Shown: positions 1 to 13,039 of the stretch, one piece after another
Layout: each line of letters starts with the position of its first letter
Position numbering within the stretch: the first letter of the stretch is position 1
DNA from: Octopus sinensis
Taxonomy: Eukaryota
DNA: 64,000 nt
Direction of reading: 5' to 3'
NCBI RefSeq assembly: GCF_006345805.1
Contig: NW_021835963.1
Coordinates: 1-64,000 of the forward strand
Notes under the pieces: generated by a model
Told to the model about the DNA's origin: nothing
Seen by the model: the letters and a program-made list of their open reading frames with translations, nothing else
Databases searched by the model: none
Position numbers and translations under genes: made by a program

Positions 1-614
1 CTGCAATTGTTTTTCAGCTGTATACAATCTTAGGAGTGGATTTGGTGGACGGAAGGTGATGGAAAAAGCTCGTCGCGCGCATGTGTGTGAGTGTATATTT
101 GTGTATGGTATGTATATATTTATTGTGTCTGTGTTTGTCCATCACCACCATTTGACAACCAGCGTTAGTTTGTTTATGTCTCCGACAAACAGCGGATCGA
201 CAAAAAACTGATAGATTATCAGACAAAAAAAGATTTGGTACTGAGGTCGAGTTCTTCGGCCAAACTTTTCAAGGCGATGCTACAGCATGGCCGCAGTCTA
301 AAGACTGTAACAAGTAAAATATAAGGAAATAATTAATGAAAAAAAAGCATCTGAAGTTTTTGTACTCCGGTGAAATTAAGAAATCAACTCGAAAATAAAC
401 GAAACCCTCAAAATCATCACAAGCAATCAAACACAGTCGCATATCTATATGTGTATTTATCTATGTTTAAAGATAATCAAACCAAATTTTCATCATTTTC
501 AGCCACTCACCCAATGAGTATTTTTGCCAAATTTGGTGAAAATCCGTTCAGCCGTTTTCCAGTAATTTTGCAAACACACAGACTAACAGACGAAGAAGAG
601 TGATTACAATATCA

Positions 615-1540
615 TGCTTTCAAAAGTTCAGGGTCACATCAAGAAAATCTACCGTTTTTATGTTGGTTTTTGCCGCAACAGTCAGAGTAAGGGAGTTCAT
701 GGTGTTGACCAGGTCTTTCAAAGCTTGTGTAGCGTATGGCCTTTTTCTCATCTTGATATTGCAAGCGTGTCATCCTTGTAGAGACGAAGCTAGTTGAAGG
801 GAATTTCTTTTTGAGTACATCTGGGATGAGGAAACTAACGAGGTCGCACACATCAACATTGTCGAAGGAGCCTTCCGCGTGAGTTCGTTTGGCAGGTCGA
901 CTCATTACTGAAGAGTAAGGTTCTTCTGGCGTGCACGATATTGAGTATCTACTCGGCGATGACTTCAGTATAGGCCCTAGCGAAATCCAGTGCCTTAAAA
1001 AGGGAGCTACCATCGATACAGATGTGTAAAAGTCCACTAAGTCGAATTGAGAAAAACCTAGGTCTACCCCTTCAGCTATTGGCTTTAAACCAAGTTATGA
1101 CTTCGTTGGTGTTACGCCATTGGTCGAATCCAGAAGCTTTTCTAACGCCGTTTTCAATCTTCCTGATGAGTTGTTTGCTCAGCTATTCCCAGCCTGCACT
1201 TCGGGTTAAAGACAAAGTTTGGCTTATGGTCCTTAATTTTTATGAAGGCTTCTTTCTTCACAAGTATCTCTACCCTATCCTCTATGCATAGTTTAATCGT
1301 TATATCTCTGGCTTCATGGTTAATGTTATCATAAGCTTGAGGGGCAGTCCCTATACGTTTGTGTAAGGCTGTTGTTAGGTAGCTGTGTATATGTGTCGTT
1401 ACTTACTCTATATAAATTTTAACTCTTATCAGAGAATAGAATGGTCCTGTTAGAAGATCTAAGTTTACGGGTGTCTGCGCTAAGTTTACGTTGGAAAGTA
1501 TTAGAGGACTTACGGAATTTCAGGACATTATACTCCACCT
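615..1540 (-). mobile_element. Penelope-like element (PLE) reverse transcriptase remnant, frameshifted
   Basis: Minus-strand peptides NTFQRKL..FSDKS.NLY, EAFIKIKDHKPNF..NPKCRL, QWRNTNEVITWFK, FDLVDFYTSVS, SFDNVDVCDLV and VDFLDVTLN match PLE RT motifs as I recall them. Confidence 0.8.
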
Positions 1541-1650
1541 AAAGTATAAATGTGTGTGGGGGGGGGTGTGTGTGCGTGCGTTTTATTAATAGAACAAACG
1601 TACTCAGATTACATAGACACAAAGAGTTGGAGGGGGAGAAAGCATTACAA

Positions 1651-1780
1651 GTCCGACAGCTGTTTCTAAGGGCTCAGAGTTACTCCATAACGTTAGCAGA
1701 TGTAGTTGATAAAAACTTTTGCATCTGATAATAGAAGCAAACAAACTTTGGTAAACTCCCGAGCCTTCTTCATCAGGGTG
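1651..1780 (-). ncRNA. Hammerhead-like motif (type I) with ~100-nt helix II arm; helix I weak
   Basis: CUGAUGA (1776-1770), helix II base GAAGGCUC/GAGCCCUU, then GAAAC-AGCU-GUC. Helix I has only 2 bp (CC/GG). Confidence 0.55.
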
Positions 1781-2245
1781 GGCAGACAAGAGTCTAAAAT
1801 GTTAAATAATACACTACAACCAGGTTCAATGGTGCCTGTATGAAGCGAGATTTGTTAACAGTTTCTCATTCTTTGAAACCACTGGTACTTTAAATTGAGA
1901 AACATTTCCACATTTCCAGTACTATTAGGACTGTCAAGTAGCATCTAACATTATAGCCACTGTGAATTACACAATTACTCGGTCTCATCCAATTACCTAA
2001 TCTAAACATTGGAATTACTCGATGATAACAAATGCATGACGTGATAATATTGTTTGATTTATGATAATTCAGTTTAACTGGGTCAATCGTTTAAGTGTAG
2101 TCGACAATTTAGATACACAAAGTTGGCTTCATTCACAGCTTCATTCAGCTGTCTTTTTGTAAATTTTTATTTACAATGAAGACTTAAGAATTTCATAACA
2201 CAGTCACTAATATTTCTTTGTGCATGTTTTTTGGTGAGGAGGGGC

Positions 2246-2269
2246 AGTATGTAAGTGCGTATGTATGTG

Positions 2270-2301
<32 letters not shown>

Positions 2302-2464
2302 TGTATGTATGTATGTATGTATGTATGTATGCATGCATGCATGTATGTATGTATGTATGTATGTATGTATGTATGTATGTATGTATGTATGTATGTAGGT
2401 ATGTATGTATGAATGTATGTATGTAGGTAAGTAGGTAGATAGGTAGGTAGGTAGGTAGACAAAC

Positions 2465-2510
<46 letters not shown>

Positions 2511-2529
2511 AGAAGAGAAAGAGAGAGAG

Positions 2530-2611
<82 letters not shown>

Positions 2612-2640
2612 GTAGATAGATAAGTTGGTAGATACATACA
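2246..2640. repeat. Compound (TATG)n/(GATA)n microsatellite
   Basis: Directly visible. Confidence 0.97.
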
Positions 2641-2689
2641 TACGTCTATCGCAACTAGCAGCAAATTGGAAGAACTCCCAGTTCTTTAA

Positions 2690-3400
2690 GTCGGGATGTG
2701 TTAAAGCTACTGAGAGAAGACGCTAAGAAAGGGGACATTGCAGTCAATTTCCAGTCAATAGCCCTGCTAAATGCAGAGTTTAAACTTTTACCAAGATATT
2801 AGCAAAGATGTTTGCGCTTGTCGTAGGTGGGTTGCCCGGAAGAGCACAAACGTGTTTGATCTCCGGAAGATCAATCTACGAAAACTTTGACCTCATGCAA
2901 TACAGAGAATGGGTAACAAATATAGCCTTGGTGTGTGCATGATCAATTTAGATCAGTCAGCAGTAATCCTAAAAATCAGCTGGTTTCAGGTCTGTTTTCA
3001 CTGCTTGGATGGGCAGCAATGCACAGTTGTGCTTCTTAAGTGGTCAAAGGAAACGGCCTCCGCCCGGAATCGTTCAATGAGAGGTGTCCTCCCTCATCCC
3101 TTCTATACGTACGGACGCTTGATCTCCCTGGTGCGGCAGCTAGGACACAAGAACTCTTGAGGAGCATCCCTTCCGAGCAGGGATGCTGGATGCTGGGATG
3201 CTGCACCGACGTATGCCAATGACATCACCACATGGTGTCAAAGACCGCGGAGGTTCAGGGAGTCGATTTCATTGCAAATACAAGGCGATGACTGGAGTAA
3301 AAGTCAATCAACTACCTGAGGCGGCAACTCTATGCCATCGAATAGCATTGAAGGTCGCTGGACAGACAAACCAATGAAAGTGCTCGGGGTCTAAGTTGGT
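2690..3400 (+). mobile_element. Tx1/L1-like non-LTR RT remnant
   Basis: Degenerate FQSIALLNAEFKL, QTCLISGRSIYEN, MINLDQS, CPPSSLLYV, YKAMTGVKVN. Confidence 0.65.
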
Positions 3401-3499
3401 CCAAACCTCCAGGTGAATAAGAACTGGGATTAAGTCAAACACAGAAGAATATAATGACGTCCCCCAAAACACAAACACTTAACATTATATATATTTTTT

Positions 3500-4133
3500 C
3501 TACTCTAGGCACAAGGCCCAAAATTTTGGGGGAGAGGACCGGTCAATCAGACCGACACCAGTACGCAACTGCTACTTAATTTATCGACCCGAAATAAGTA
3601 AGGCAAAGTCAATCTCGGCGGAATTTGAACTCAGAAAGTAAAGAGAGGCGAACTACCTATTTCTTTACTACCCACAAGGGGCTAAACACAGAGAGTACAA
3701 ACAAGGACAGACAAACGGATTAAGTCGATTAACTGGTACTTATTTAATCAACCCCGAAAGGATGAAAGGCAAAGTGGACCTCGGCGGAATTTGAAGTCAG
3801 AACGTAGTGGCAGAGGAAATACCTATTTCTTTATTACCCACAAGGGGCTAAACATAGAGGGAACAAACAAGGACAGACAAAGGTATTAAGTCGATTACAT
3901 TGACCCCAGTAACTGGTACTTAATTTATCGACCCCGAAAGGATGAAAGGCAAAGTTGACCTCGGCGGAATTTGAACTCAGAACGTAACGGCAGACGAAAT
4001 ACTGTTAAGCATTTCGCCCGGCGTGCTAACGTTTCTGCCAGCTCGCTGCCTTTGAACTCAGAACGTGACGGCAGACGAAATACCGTTAAGCATTTCGCCC
4101 GGCGTGCTAACGTTTCTGCCAACTCGCCGCCTT
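3500..4133 (-). mobile_element. Head-to-tail SINE concatemer (3 body units plus duplicated head)
   Basis: tRNA-like head AAGGCGGCGAG(C/T)TGGCAG...GAGTTCAAATTCC; ~170-180-bp bodies joined at AAAGAAATAG-GTATTTC. Confidence 0.85.
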
Positions 4134-4605
4134 AAACATTTAACATTATAACAAATATGATTAAATAGGCGCAGGCTAAGAAGTGTGCTCCTTAAGCACA
4201 TGATTCAATTCTTCTACTATAACCTCGGACAGACCAAAGCCTTGTGAGTGGATTTGGTAGACAGAAACTGAAAGAATCCTGTCGTATATATATATTATTT
4301 TACTTATTATCTGATATTAAACTTTTAAATACTTTTTGATAGTTATATATATATTTTTTTTTAATTATTTAAAAAAAATTTAATTTAAAAATATATTAAT
4401 TTAAAATTTTTTAAAATATTTAAAAAATATAAAAATTTATAAATATAAATTAAAAATTTAAATTAAATAATTAAATTTTAATTTTATATTTTATATATTT
4501 TGTATATTATATTAATTATATTTATTTTTATGTTTTGGTTTATGTTTTTCATTGTTTGATTTGCCTAATAGTGGTTTTATCTCTAATTTAATTTATATAT
4601 ATATA

Positions 4606-4643
<38 letters not shown>

Positions 4644-5524
4644 TATATTTGTATGTTTGTGTTTGTGTTCGTCTCTCCACCATCGCTTGACAACTGATGT
4701 TGGTGTGTTTACGTCCCCGTAGCTAAGCGGTTCGGCGAAAGAGACCGATAAAATAAGTACCAAGCTCACAAAGAATGAGTCCTGCGATGGATTTGTTCGA
4801 GTAAAAGGCGGTGCTCCAGCATGGCCACAGTCAGATGACTGAAACAAGTGAAAGAAGAAAAGAATTAGCGTTATAGTAAATACGATTAACAATAACGGCA
4901 ACAGAACACAATCACTTGCAACGTGAAACGTAGAAAAAAACAAACAATAAAACCCTTATTTCATTATGATAAAATGAATTTCCAAAATAGCTGTGTTAAA
5001 TGATTTTATCGTGAACTCTCCGCTGTCTTTATTTTCAAAGTAAATATGAGATAACAAAGGAGGTACAGTAAATGAAACATAGAGATATTGTATGATGAAC
5101 ACTAATTTATTAGCTCCTAAATTAACAACAAGCAATTTGGACTTAGAAGAAAACGTTTCAAAAATTTTAGATGGTAAATAATCTTTTCAGAGGCTAAAAA
5201 AATTAATCTAAAACTGATACAACGAATGCCAGATAACGAATTCGTGTAATTGTATAGTAACTGTACAACAGAGAAATGTATGAAAAAAATAATAACTTAA
5301 GCTTAAAAAAAACATTCAAATGGAATAAAATCATTTTTACACAAAAAAAGTAAATTAAAAAGCTCTTTTTAATTAATTCGCGTAGAGGCCTGGATTTTAG
5401 ATGTTATTTCTTCGATGGAATTTTCAAGTATTGTTTTGTTGGTCTGTTTTTTTAGATATCGTAATTTTTAAGTACGTGCGTTCTTGTACGACCTCTTGGC
5501 ATCGGTTCGCAATGCTAAGGAATA

Positions 5525-6284
5525 ACCCTTTCTACTATAGGCACAAGGCCTGAAATTCTGAGGGAGAGGGATAGTCGATTAGATCGACCCCTATACGCAA
5601 CTGGTACTTAATTTATCGACCCAGGAAAGATGAAAGGCAAAGTTGACCTCGGCAGAATTTGAAGTCAGACCATAAAGACACGAAATACTGCTAAGCATTT
5701 ATTTCTTTATTACCCTCATGGGGATAAACATAGAGGGGACAAACAAGGACAGACAAACGGATTAAGTCGATTACATCGACCCAGTGATTAACTGGCTCTT
5801 ATTTAATCGACCCCGAAAGGACGAAAGGCAAAGTCGACCTCGGCGGAATTTGAACTCAGAACGTAACGGCAGACGAAATACTTATTTTTTATTACCCACA
5901 AGGGGCTAAACACAGAGAGGACAAACAGATTAAATGGATTATATCGACCCCAGTGCGTAACTGTTACTTATTTAATCGACCCTGAAAGGATGAAAGGCAA
6001 AGTCGACCTCGGCGGAATTTGAACTTAGAACGTAGCGGCAGACGAAATACTTATTTCTTTACTACCCACAAGGGGCTAAACACAGAGAAGACAAACAAGG
6101 ACAGACAAACAGATTAAGTGGATTATATCGACCCCAGTGCGTAACTGTTACTTATTTAATCGACCCTGAAAGGATGAAAGGCAAAGTCGACCTCGGCGGA
6201 ATTTGAACTCAGAACGTAGCGACAGACGAAATACGGCTGCGCATTTCGCCCGGCGTGCTAACGATTATGACAGCTCGCTGCCTT
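5525..6284 (-). mobile_element. Head-to-tail SINE concatemer (4 body units, single head)
   Basis: Same family and same junction as 3500-4133. Confidence 0.87.
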
Positions 6285-6822
6285 TATGTTAAAGAATGAT
6301 ATCTCTGCACGATTGATCTTTAGATCGAAGTATTTTTTCAGTTATTTTGTTTCCCGTTTTCAATACTAACCACACTTATTAATATTCTCCTGAAAGGAGA
6401 CGTCCATGTTTTTAAATTTAACATCATCGTCAACAACAATCTAATAATTGATATTATTATTCTCGAGACTCTGTGGAGGATATTCACCCACAGGCGTTGT
6501 TTGTAATTTCAGTATTATTTCTTCCGGGATGAGACTAATTTTAATCACAACAAAAATAAAATATAAAAAAAACATGGAAATAAGTCAGAATGTGTGCCAT
6601 ACTTTCAAAACGTGTCAGATTCAGTAGAAACACACACAAGAGCAAATAAAAACAATCAGATCCTTCATTCTAAAGTGGTGTTAAATAAAAATAGAAACTT
6701 CGTCATCGATGAATTAATTGCTCCATAAAATTATTTCTTAAAATATTTCCACAATCTTAAAAAAACTTAAATCCGTCGGAAGGGTTCAACGATTATCAAG
6801 AAATAGGACACATTCTCTAAAG

Positions 6823-7340
6823 CAGTGCTTCTCAACCCCTTCTTAAATCACTTCTGTCTTCTGTAAATACTTTTTTAATGTCCCCTTGTTACGATTCAAC
6901 AAAATTAAATACGCCACGTATAAATATTGAAAGATATGCGCACACAAGTCAGAACGTAACCCAAAACTACAGGTGCAGTGGTTGCATGTATGCAACAGAT
7001 TTTGACAATTCCTTAAATCGTACTTTTGTTTCTAGTTTATAATTTACACACATTGTTGTTATCTTTGTATTCGGTTTTGTTCATTGACTTTTACACATTC
7101 CCACGTCTGTTATCATAGTCATAATCGCTATGACTCTGGCTGACAAACAGTCTAATATATTTTACAGTTGATAATGCTTCAAAAGTCAATATTTAAATTG
7201 GAGACAAAGAATTAAAAAAAAAAGACTGTGCAGGTGCAACCATTGCTCCCTACCATTTCCTATGTCACCAGTAACCATAAAAAATCTTTTTACTGTTCAC
7301 CCCCACAAAGGGGTGGTATGACCCACTTTGCGACGCACTG
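6823..7340. mobile_element. hAT (Charlie-like) non-autonomous element / MITE
   Basis: Imperfect TIRs CAGTGCTTCTCAAC / TTTGCGACGCACTG; perfect 8-bp TSD CTCTAAAG at 6815-6822 and 7341-7348. Confidence 0.85.
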
Positions 7341-7553
7341 CTCTAAAGGTTTTCCCAGATTATGTACACAGACATGACAGCAGTAAATAGACACGCATGA
7401 TCGTTAAAATTTATTAAAATCTGAAATTATACGTTCAAATTATTTATTAATTATTATCAAAACATCAAAATTCGGTGAAGAATCGTTGGAACTCCTGACT
7501 TACGTTTTTATCAGCAATACTAAAATACCCCAACAAGCACAACTACAATGGAG

Positions 7554-7670
7554 TGGAGGCGCAATGGCCCAATGGTTAGGGCATCGGGCTCGCGGTCGTA
7601 AGAACGCGGTTTCGATTCCCAGACCGGGCATTGTGTGTGTTTATTGAGCAAAACACCTAAGCTCCACGAG
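7554..7670 (+). mobile_element. tRNA-derived SINE 5' part (longer copies at 38165-38455 and 46065-46372, minus strand)
   Basis: A box TGGCCCAATGG, B box GGTTTCGATTCCC, then the shared body TTTATTGAGC(A/G)AAAACACCTAA. Confidence 0.8.
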
Positions 7671-7889
7671 TTCAATATGGTTCGTATCTGGTGACTGCCT
7701 TGACCAAGGAAATTTTTAATGTCATTCTCTTCCAACCAATCTTGGCTCTTTTTAGTTCTGACAAGAAGACATCTATAAATAAAAAGTCTTCTTTAATCAT
7801 TTCATCACTGGAGACGGTTTGGAAGGAGTCCTTTCTGCAATATGAGGACATATTTACTTGAATTTGTGTTTCCCTCACACTCTGCCAGC

Positions 7890-8200
7890 TCTGATTGACC
7901 ATTGCTGAAAATTGCTCCCTAGACCATCGCAGAATATCTGTCGTGTTTCCTTGTTGGCTGCTATCTTTTCACGTCAAATTTTTACCACAGAGACTCCAGA
8001 CCCACACTCGACCACTGTTAGAAAACACAACAAATCTAGTCTCATCAGAGAATATGACAGTGTCTCAAATTTGTGGTATCTCCACTATGTCACTGGTCTA
8101 AATCTTTTCTCTGGCTGGTTGAAGAAGACTATATCCACTAACAACCGAGCCAGAAGTGAAAAAAATATGGTCGTCCTAACTGTGGAACATGCCACCACCT
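7890..8200 (-). mobile_element. Tc1-like transposase remnant
   Basis: Minus-strand TVIFSDETRFVVFSNSGRVWVW and SAMV*GAIFSNG (first catalytic D region and MVWG motif). Confidence 0.75.
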
Positions 8201-8233
8201 TTCTATTTTCTTTTTGTCACATATTTCTATTAC

Positions 8234-8290
<57 letters not shown>

Positions 8291-9099
8291 CCGGGTTTCC
8301 CTACAGTTTCCATGTACGAAATTCACTCGCAATGCATTAGTCTGCTCGGAGCTATTGTTAGAATAACACTTGTCCAAGATGCCTCGCTGTGCGATTGAAC
8401 CCGAGAAAGCATTTGTCTGCAAAGCGAGCTTCTGAAAACGTAATAAACCAACCAGTTAATGAAAACAATTGTCATCCAGAGACCCACTTTCTCTTTAGAT
8501 TCTTTAGCATTGACTAAAATTATACGATCAAGTTACCTCCATAAAAACAACTCAGTATTTAATTAAAATTTTTACACTTCGGTTTATGCAGTTTTTTCTA
8601 TTGTGCTATTGTGTCCGATAAGAACAGGCAGTAAAATCTGAAAAGATTTTGTTCTCTGTATGCAACGCTGTATAAAGTTGACGACCGGACGTTATATATT
8701 TTTAGACATTAACACACTTAAGAATAGTTCTGTTTTTTTTTTTTTCTTTTTAATATTGTCTAATTGATTTATCAACACGCCTTAATTTTGAACTTCGTTG
8801 CATTTTTTTTCCTTCTCACTTATCGAAATGGGGTCCATGGCAACAAATAAATAAATTAGATATATAGCACTAGGCGTTTCACTTGTTATCTGCGCAGCAT
8901 TCACTTTACAAACAGCGGCAGCGGATGTAAAGAATATATATTTGTGTATGCATGCGTGTGTGTGTGCATATGTGTGCATGTACATTTATGTAAGTACATA
9001 TAACGGGAAGGTTTACGAAAATAAACAAAAAACGAAGGCAGGTGGAGTACAAACAAACAAATGTATTAGTATGGCGCTCAGGAATAGAAATATAATAAG

Positions 9100-9137
9100 T
9101 CTTTTACGTTTCGAGCCTACGCTCTTCGACAGAAAGA
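9100..9137 (-). ncRNA. Minimal hammerhead-like motif with CUGUCGA core and loopless ACGU helix III
   Basis: UCUUU CUGUCGA A GAGC-GUAG-GCUC GAAAC GU A AAAGA. Confidence 0.55.
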
Positions 9138-9904
9138 TACACAGAAAAAAAACAAGGAGAGAAACAAGGAGAGAAAAAAATGCGTGTAGGAGCTAAGATC
9201 TATCTATCAATTATTCATTATATGCAATAAAAACAGTACTAAATTTAAAAAGCTGTCTATGTATCATAATGTTAGCACTTCGCTAACGGGAAATATGCTG
9301 CGTTACTCGGCGAGCGATAACGTCTCAAATGGACGTGCTATGTTTAGAAACAGTATATATATATATATAGGAATAAAATTTATATATAAAGAAACAAGAA
9401 CGTGAAATACACAAAGGGACGAACACAGAAAACAGACGAGTCATTCGAAACCTTTAATCTTCAGTCAGAAACCGGATCATCATAGCAAATTTCGGCTGAT
9501 TAATTCTGATATTTGCTCCAACGCGGCTAGCCCCAAGGAAAAACTAAGCTGTGAGCATTAGATTTCTTGGAAAAAGGAGCGAATGTAAACGCAACAGGGA
9601 CGAATATAAATACAAAAAACGAAAACAAAAATAAAAAACAAGAATGGTTAATAACAGGATAACAGCAGGTGTCTTACGACTTTAATATATATATATATAT
9701 ATATATATCAGAAGACGTTCTAGTAGGGACTAACGAGAATCTCAGATGCATTTCGGCCACTTTGGGACTTATCAAAAGCGTGAACTCACCGCCACCGGAC
9801 GGAATACATTGCCTTCGGTTTTTTAGGAAACTGTGCATAAACGTTCACTGGTATAATGAATACCCCAAAATCCAAAGTTACTCATGGTCGGTGAACATTT
9901 GATA

Positions 9905-10547
<643 letters not shown>

Positions 10548-10588
10548 TTCAGCAAAACAATTTAGATTCAAATGAATATGGTACTTAA

Positions 10589-10619
<31 letters not shown>

Positions 10620-10716
10620 GTATGTATGTATGTATGTATGTATGTATGTGTACATATCATCTTTCACCAAACGGAATACATTTTTCTTGATCTTACTATC
10701 ATGGACCAATACACTA

Positions 10717-10770
<54 letters not shown>

Positions 10771-11159
10771 CGTTAGAGCATTAAAGATGTTATCTTTGGA
10801 TGCATAACTGTATATTTCCTGTCAACGATGTTTACACCAAGTATGCTACATAGACGGATTTTTAAATTTAGTAATGTTTTTATTGCATATAGCGGGATAA
10901 TTGATAGAATGCATACATACATATATGCACATATGCATACATACATACATACATACTCAAATGTGCACGCACACATGCGCACATTCACGAATACGTACAC
11001 AAATAGCTATTGTTTACATCCGCTGCTTGTAAAGTGAAAGGTGTGCAGACAACAAGTGAAACGCCTAGTTCTGTTTTCAATTTATTCATTTGCTGTCATA
11101 CACCCCAATCCCGATAAGTGGGAAGAAAAACAAACAATTGAAACTTGTTGATAAATTGA

Positions 11160-11199
<40 letters not shown>

Positions 11200-11399
11200 G
11201 AACTTTTTGCGTAATAAGATAAAAACCAAGGCTGTGTAGATATTAGAGCATTTATAGATAGAAGGTCTTACAGGTGTGGTAAGATGCTTGCATCGTAAAC
11301 ACATGGTTCCGTGTTCAATCCCACTACATGGCACCTTGGGCAGCCGACTAACTCCTTGTAAGTGGATTTGAAAGACAGAAACTGAAAGAAGCCTATCGT

Positions 11400-11494
<95 letters not shown>

Positions 11495-11814
11495 TATTTA
11501 AATGGCGGTGCCCCAGCATAGCCACAGCTCGTGAGCTGAAACTAGATAAAATAAAATAAAATAAAAAATATATATGCATACATATGATGAGAGAAAAAGA
11601 GAGAGAATATCATTAGATCTAATATAATTATCCTTCAAAATATATATTAATACAACGTTATGAAGTCTGTACAAAGTTAGTGAATTCTAACTGAACATTT
11701 GAAAAATTACCAGTTTATAAACGCTAAGAAAAAGAACGTTTAAACCGAATTCAACCTAAGATATTCTTCTAGCGTCTTGGTCATTCTATCGCTATATAAA
11801 ATTACTATAGTAGG

Positions 11815-12100
11815 GTTAACTCCCTTGATGTTACTCTTGATTTAAGCTATGAGCGATACCAACCTTATCATAAGCCTAATAAGTCCTTAAGATATGTAAA
11901 TAAACATTCAAATCATCCAAGGAGCGTAATAAATTCTATTATTAAAATATATCTACTCGTATTTCGAGACTTTCGGCTAATGAGGATGTATTTAAACAAA
12001 ATCAAAATTACTATAACAACACATCTGAAGCTGGATATAAAGATAAAATTTACTATATCCAGAATTATAATAACAATAATAATAAAATTCCAGGAAATGA
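11815..12100 (+). mobile_element. PLE RT C-terminal/thumb remnant
   Basis: LDVTLDLSYERYQPYHKPNKSLRYVNKHSNHPRSVI; ISTRISRLSANEDVF; AGYKDKI. Confidence 0.8.
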
Positions 12101-12316
12101 CAGAATTTCGGATAAGTTCAAAATTGATAGGAAGTTTAATAAAACTAAAAAATTAGATTGAAAGAAATTCATTAAATAATATTTTCTAACTAAGCTAAAT
12201 AAAGCAAAAAGAGGAATAATGATACGAATGGGAGAGGCAAAACAACTAAATATTGACGATGAATATATTAATAAGTATAGGTCTAAATTTGTAGATACTA
12301 AATATGTGGTTGGTAC

Positions 12317-12369
<53 letters not shown>

Positions 12370-12924
12370 GCCCTGACGCAGTATGAGGCAGTGGCTCTCA
12401 TGGCTGCTCATCTTAACTGATTGGAAGTGTTATCATATATATTGTTTTGTCTTGGTATAAAAGATGGGCTACAGCAAATATTCTGCTCAATATCACAGAT
12501 TTGTTTGTCAGTTGTTTGACCTTAACCGGTTGAGCATGTCCCTTAGTGGATGATGATATGTGCATCTTTGATCAGGAGCAGAAGTAGTGGGGGAGCATCA
12601 TAGCCGTGTGTTGAAAGGAATTCTTGGAGGTTTGGATAATTCACCTTTGGAAACATGGGTGATTCATTCAACATCCTTAAACAATCCTTATTCAGGGACC
12701 TTTTGAGCCGGATGGGCTACTCGACCAGAAGAAAATTCTAACTGGGCCCAACCTGCAAGATCATGCGATGTTTATCTTGATATGAGATCACCATGTCACG
12801 CACATATGGTTGTGATGCAATGTGTCTGGTGTACTCTTATCAGACGGGTAGTCACGATGGATATACTGGACTTCGTATATTTTACCCCTGTGTCACTTTG
12901 ATGGCATGCACTGCTCACTCACTC
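12370..12924 (+). mobile_element. ~555-bp non-coding interspersed element embedded in (AAT)n; its 3' 100 bp recur at 56994-57093
   Basis: (AAT)n on both flanks; the terminal segment TCTGGTGTAC.CTTAT.AGACGGGTAGTCA...CTCACTC-AATAAT is shared with the second copy. Confidence 0.7.
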
Positions 12925-12968
12925 AATAATAATAATAACAATAAATAATAATAATAATAATAATAATA

Positions 12969-12999
<31 letters not shown>

Positions 13000-13039
13000 T
13001 AACAACAACAACAACAACAACAACAACAATAATAATAAT

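Noticed and set aside
4290-4600. Extremely AT-rich block
   Set aside because: Low-complexity sequence, possibly a degraded (TA)n tract or noisy consensus, with no definable structure.
7554-7625. tRNA genes (also at 13880-13945, 38400-38455, 46320-46372)
   Set aside because: A/B boxes are present, but I could not build a proper cloverleaf acceptor stem, and most copies continue into SINE bodies.
9740-9780. UUGAUAA-GUCC..GGCC-GAAA-UGCA-UC hammerhead-like string (minus strand)
   Set aside because: There is no helix I and helix II has a mismatch, so it cannot be distinguished from decay or chance.
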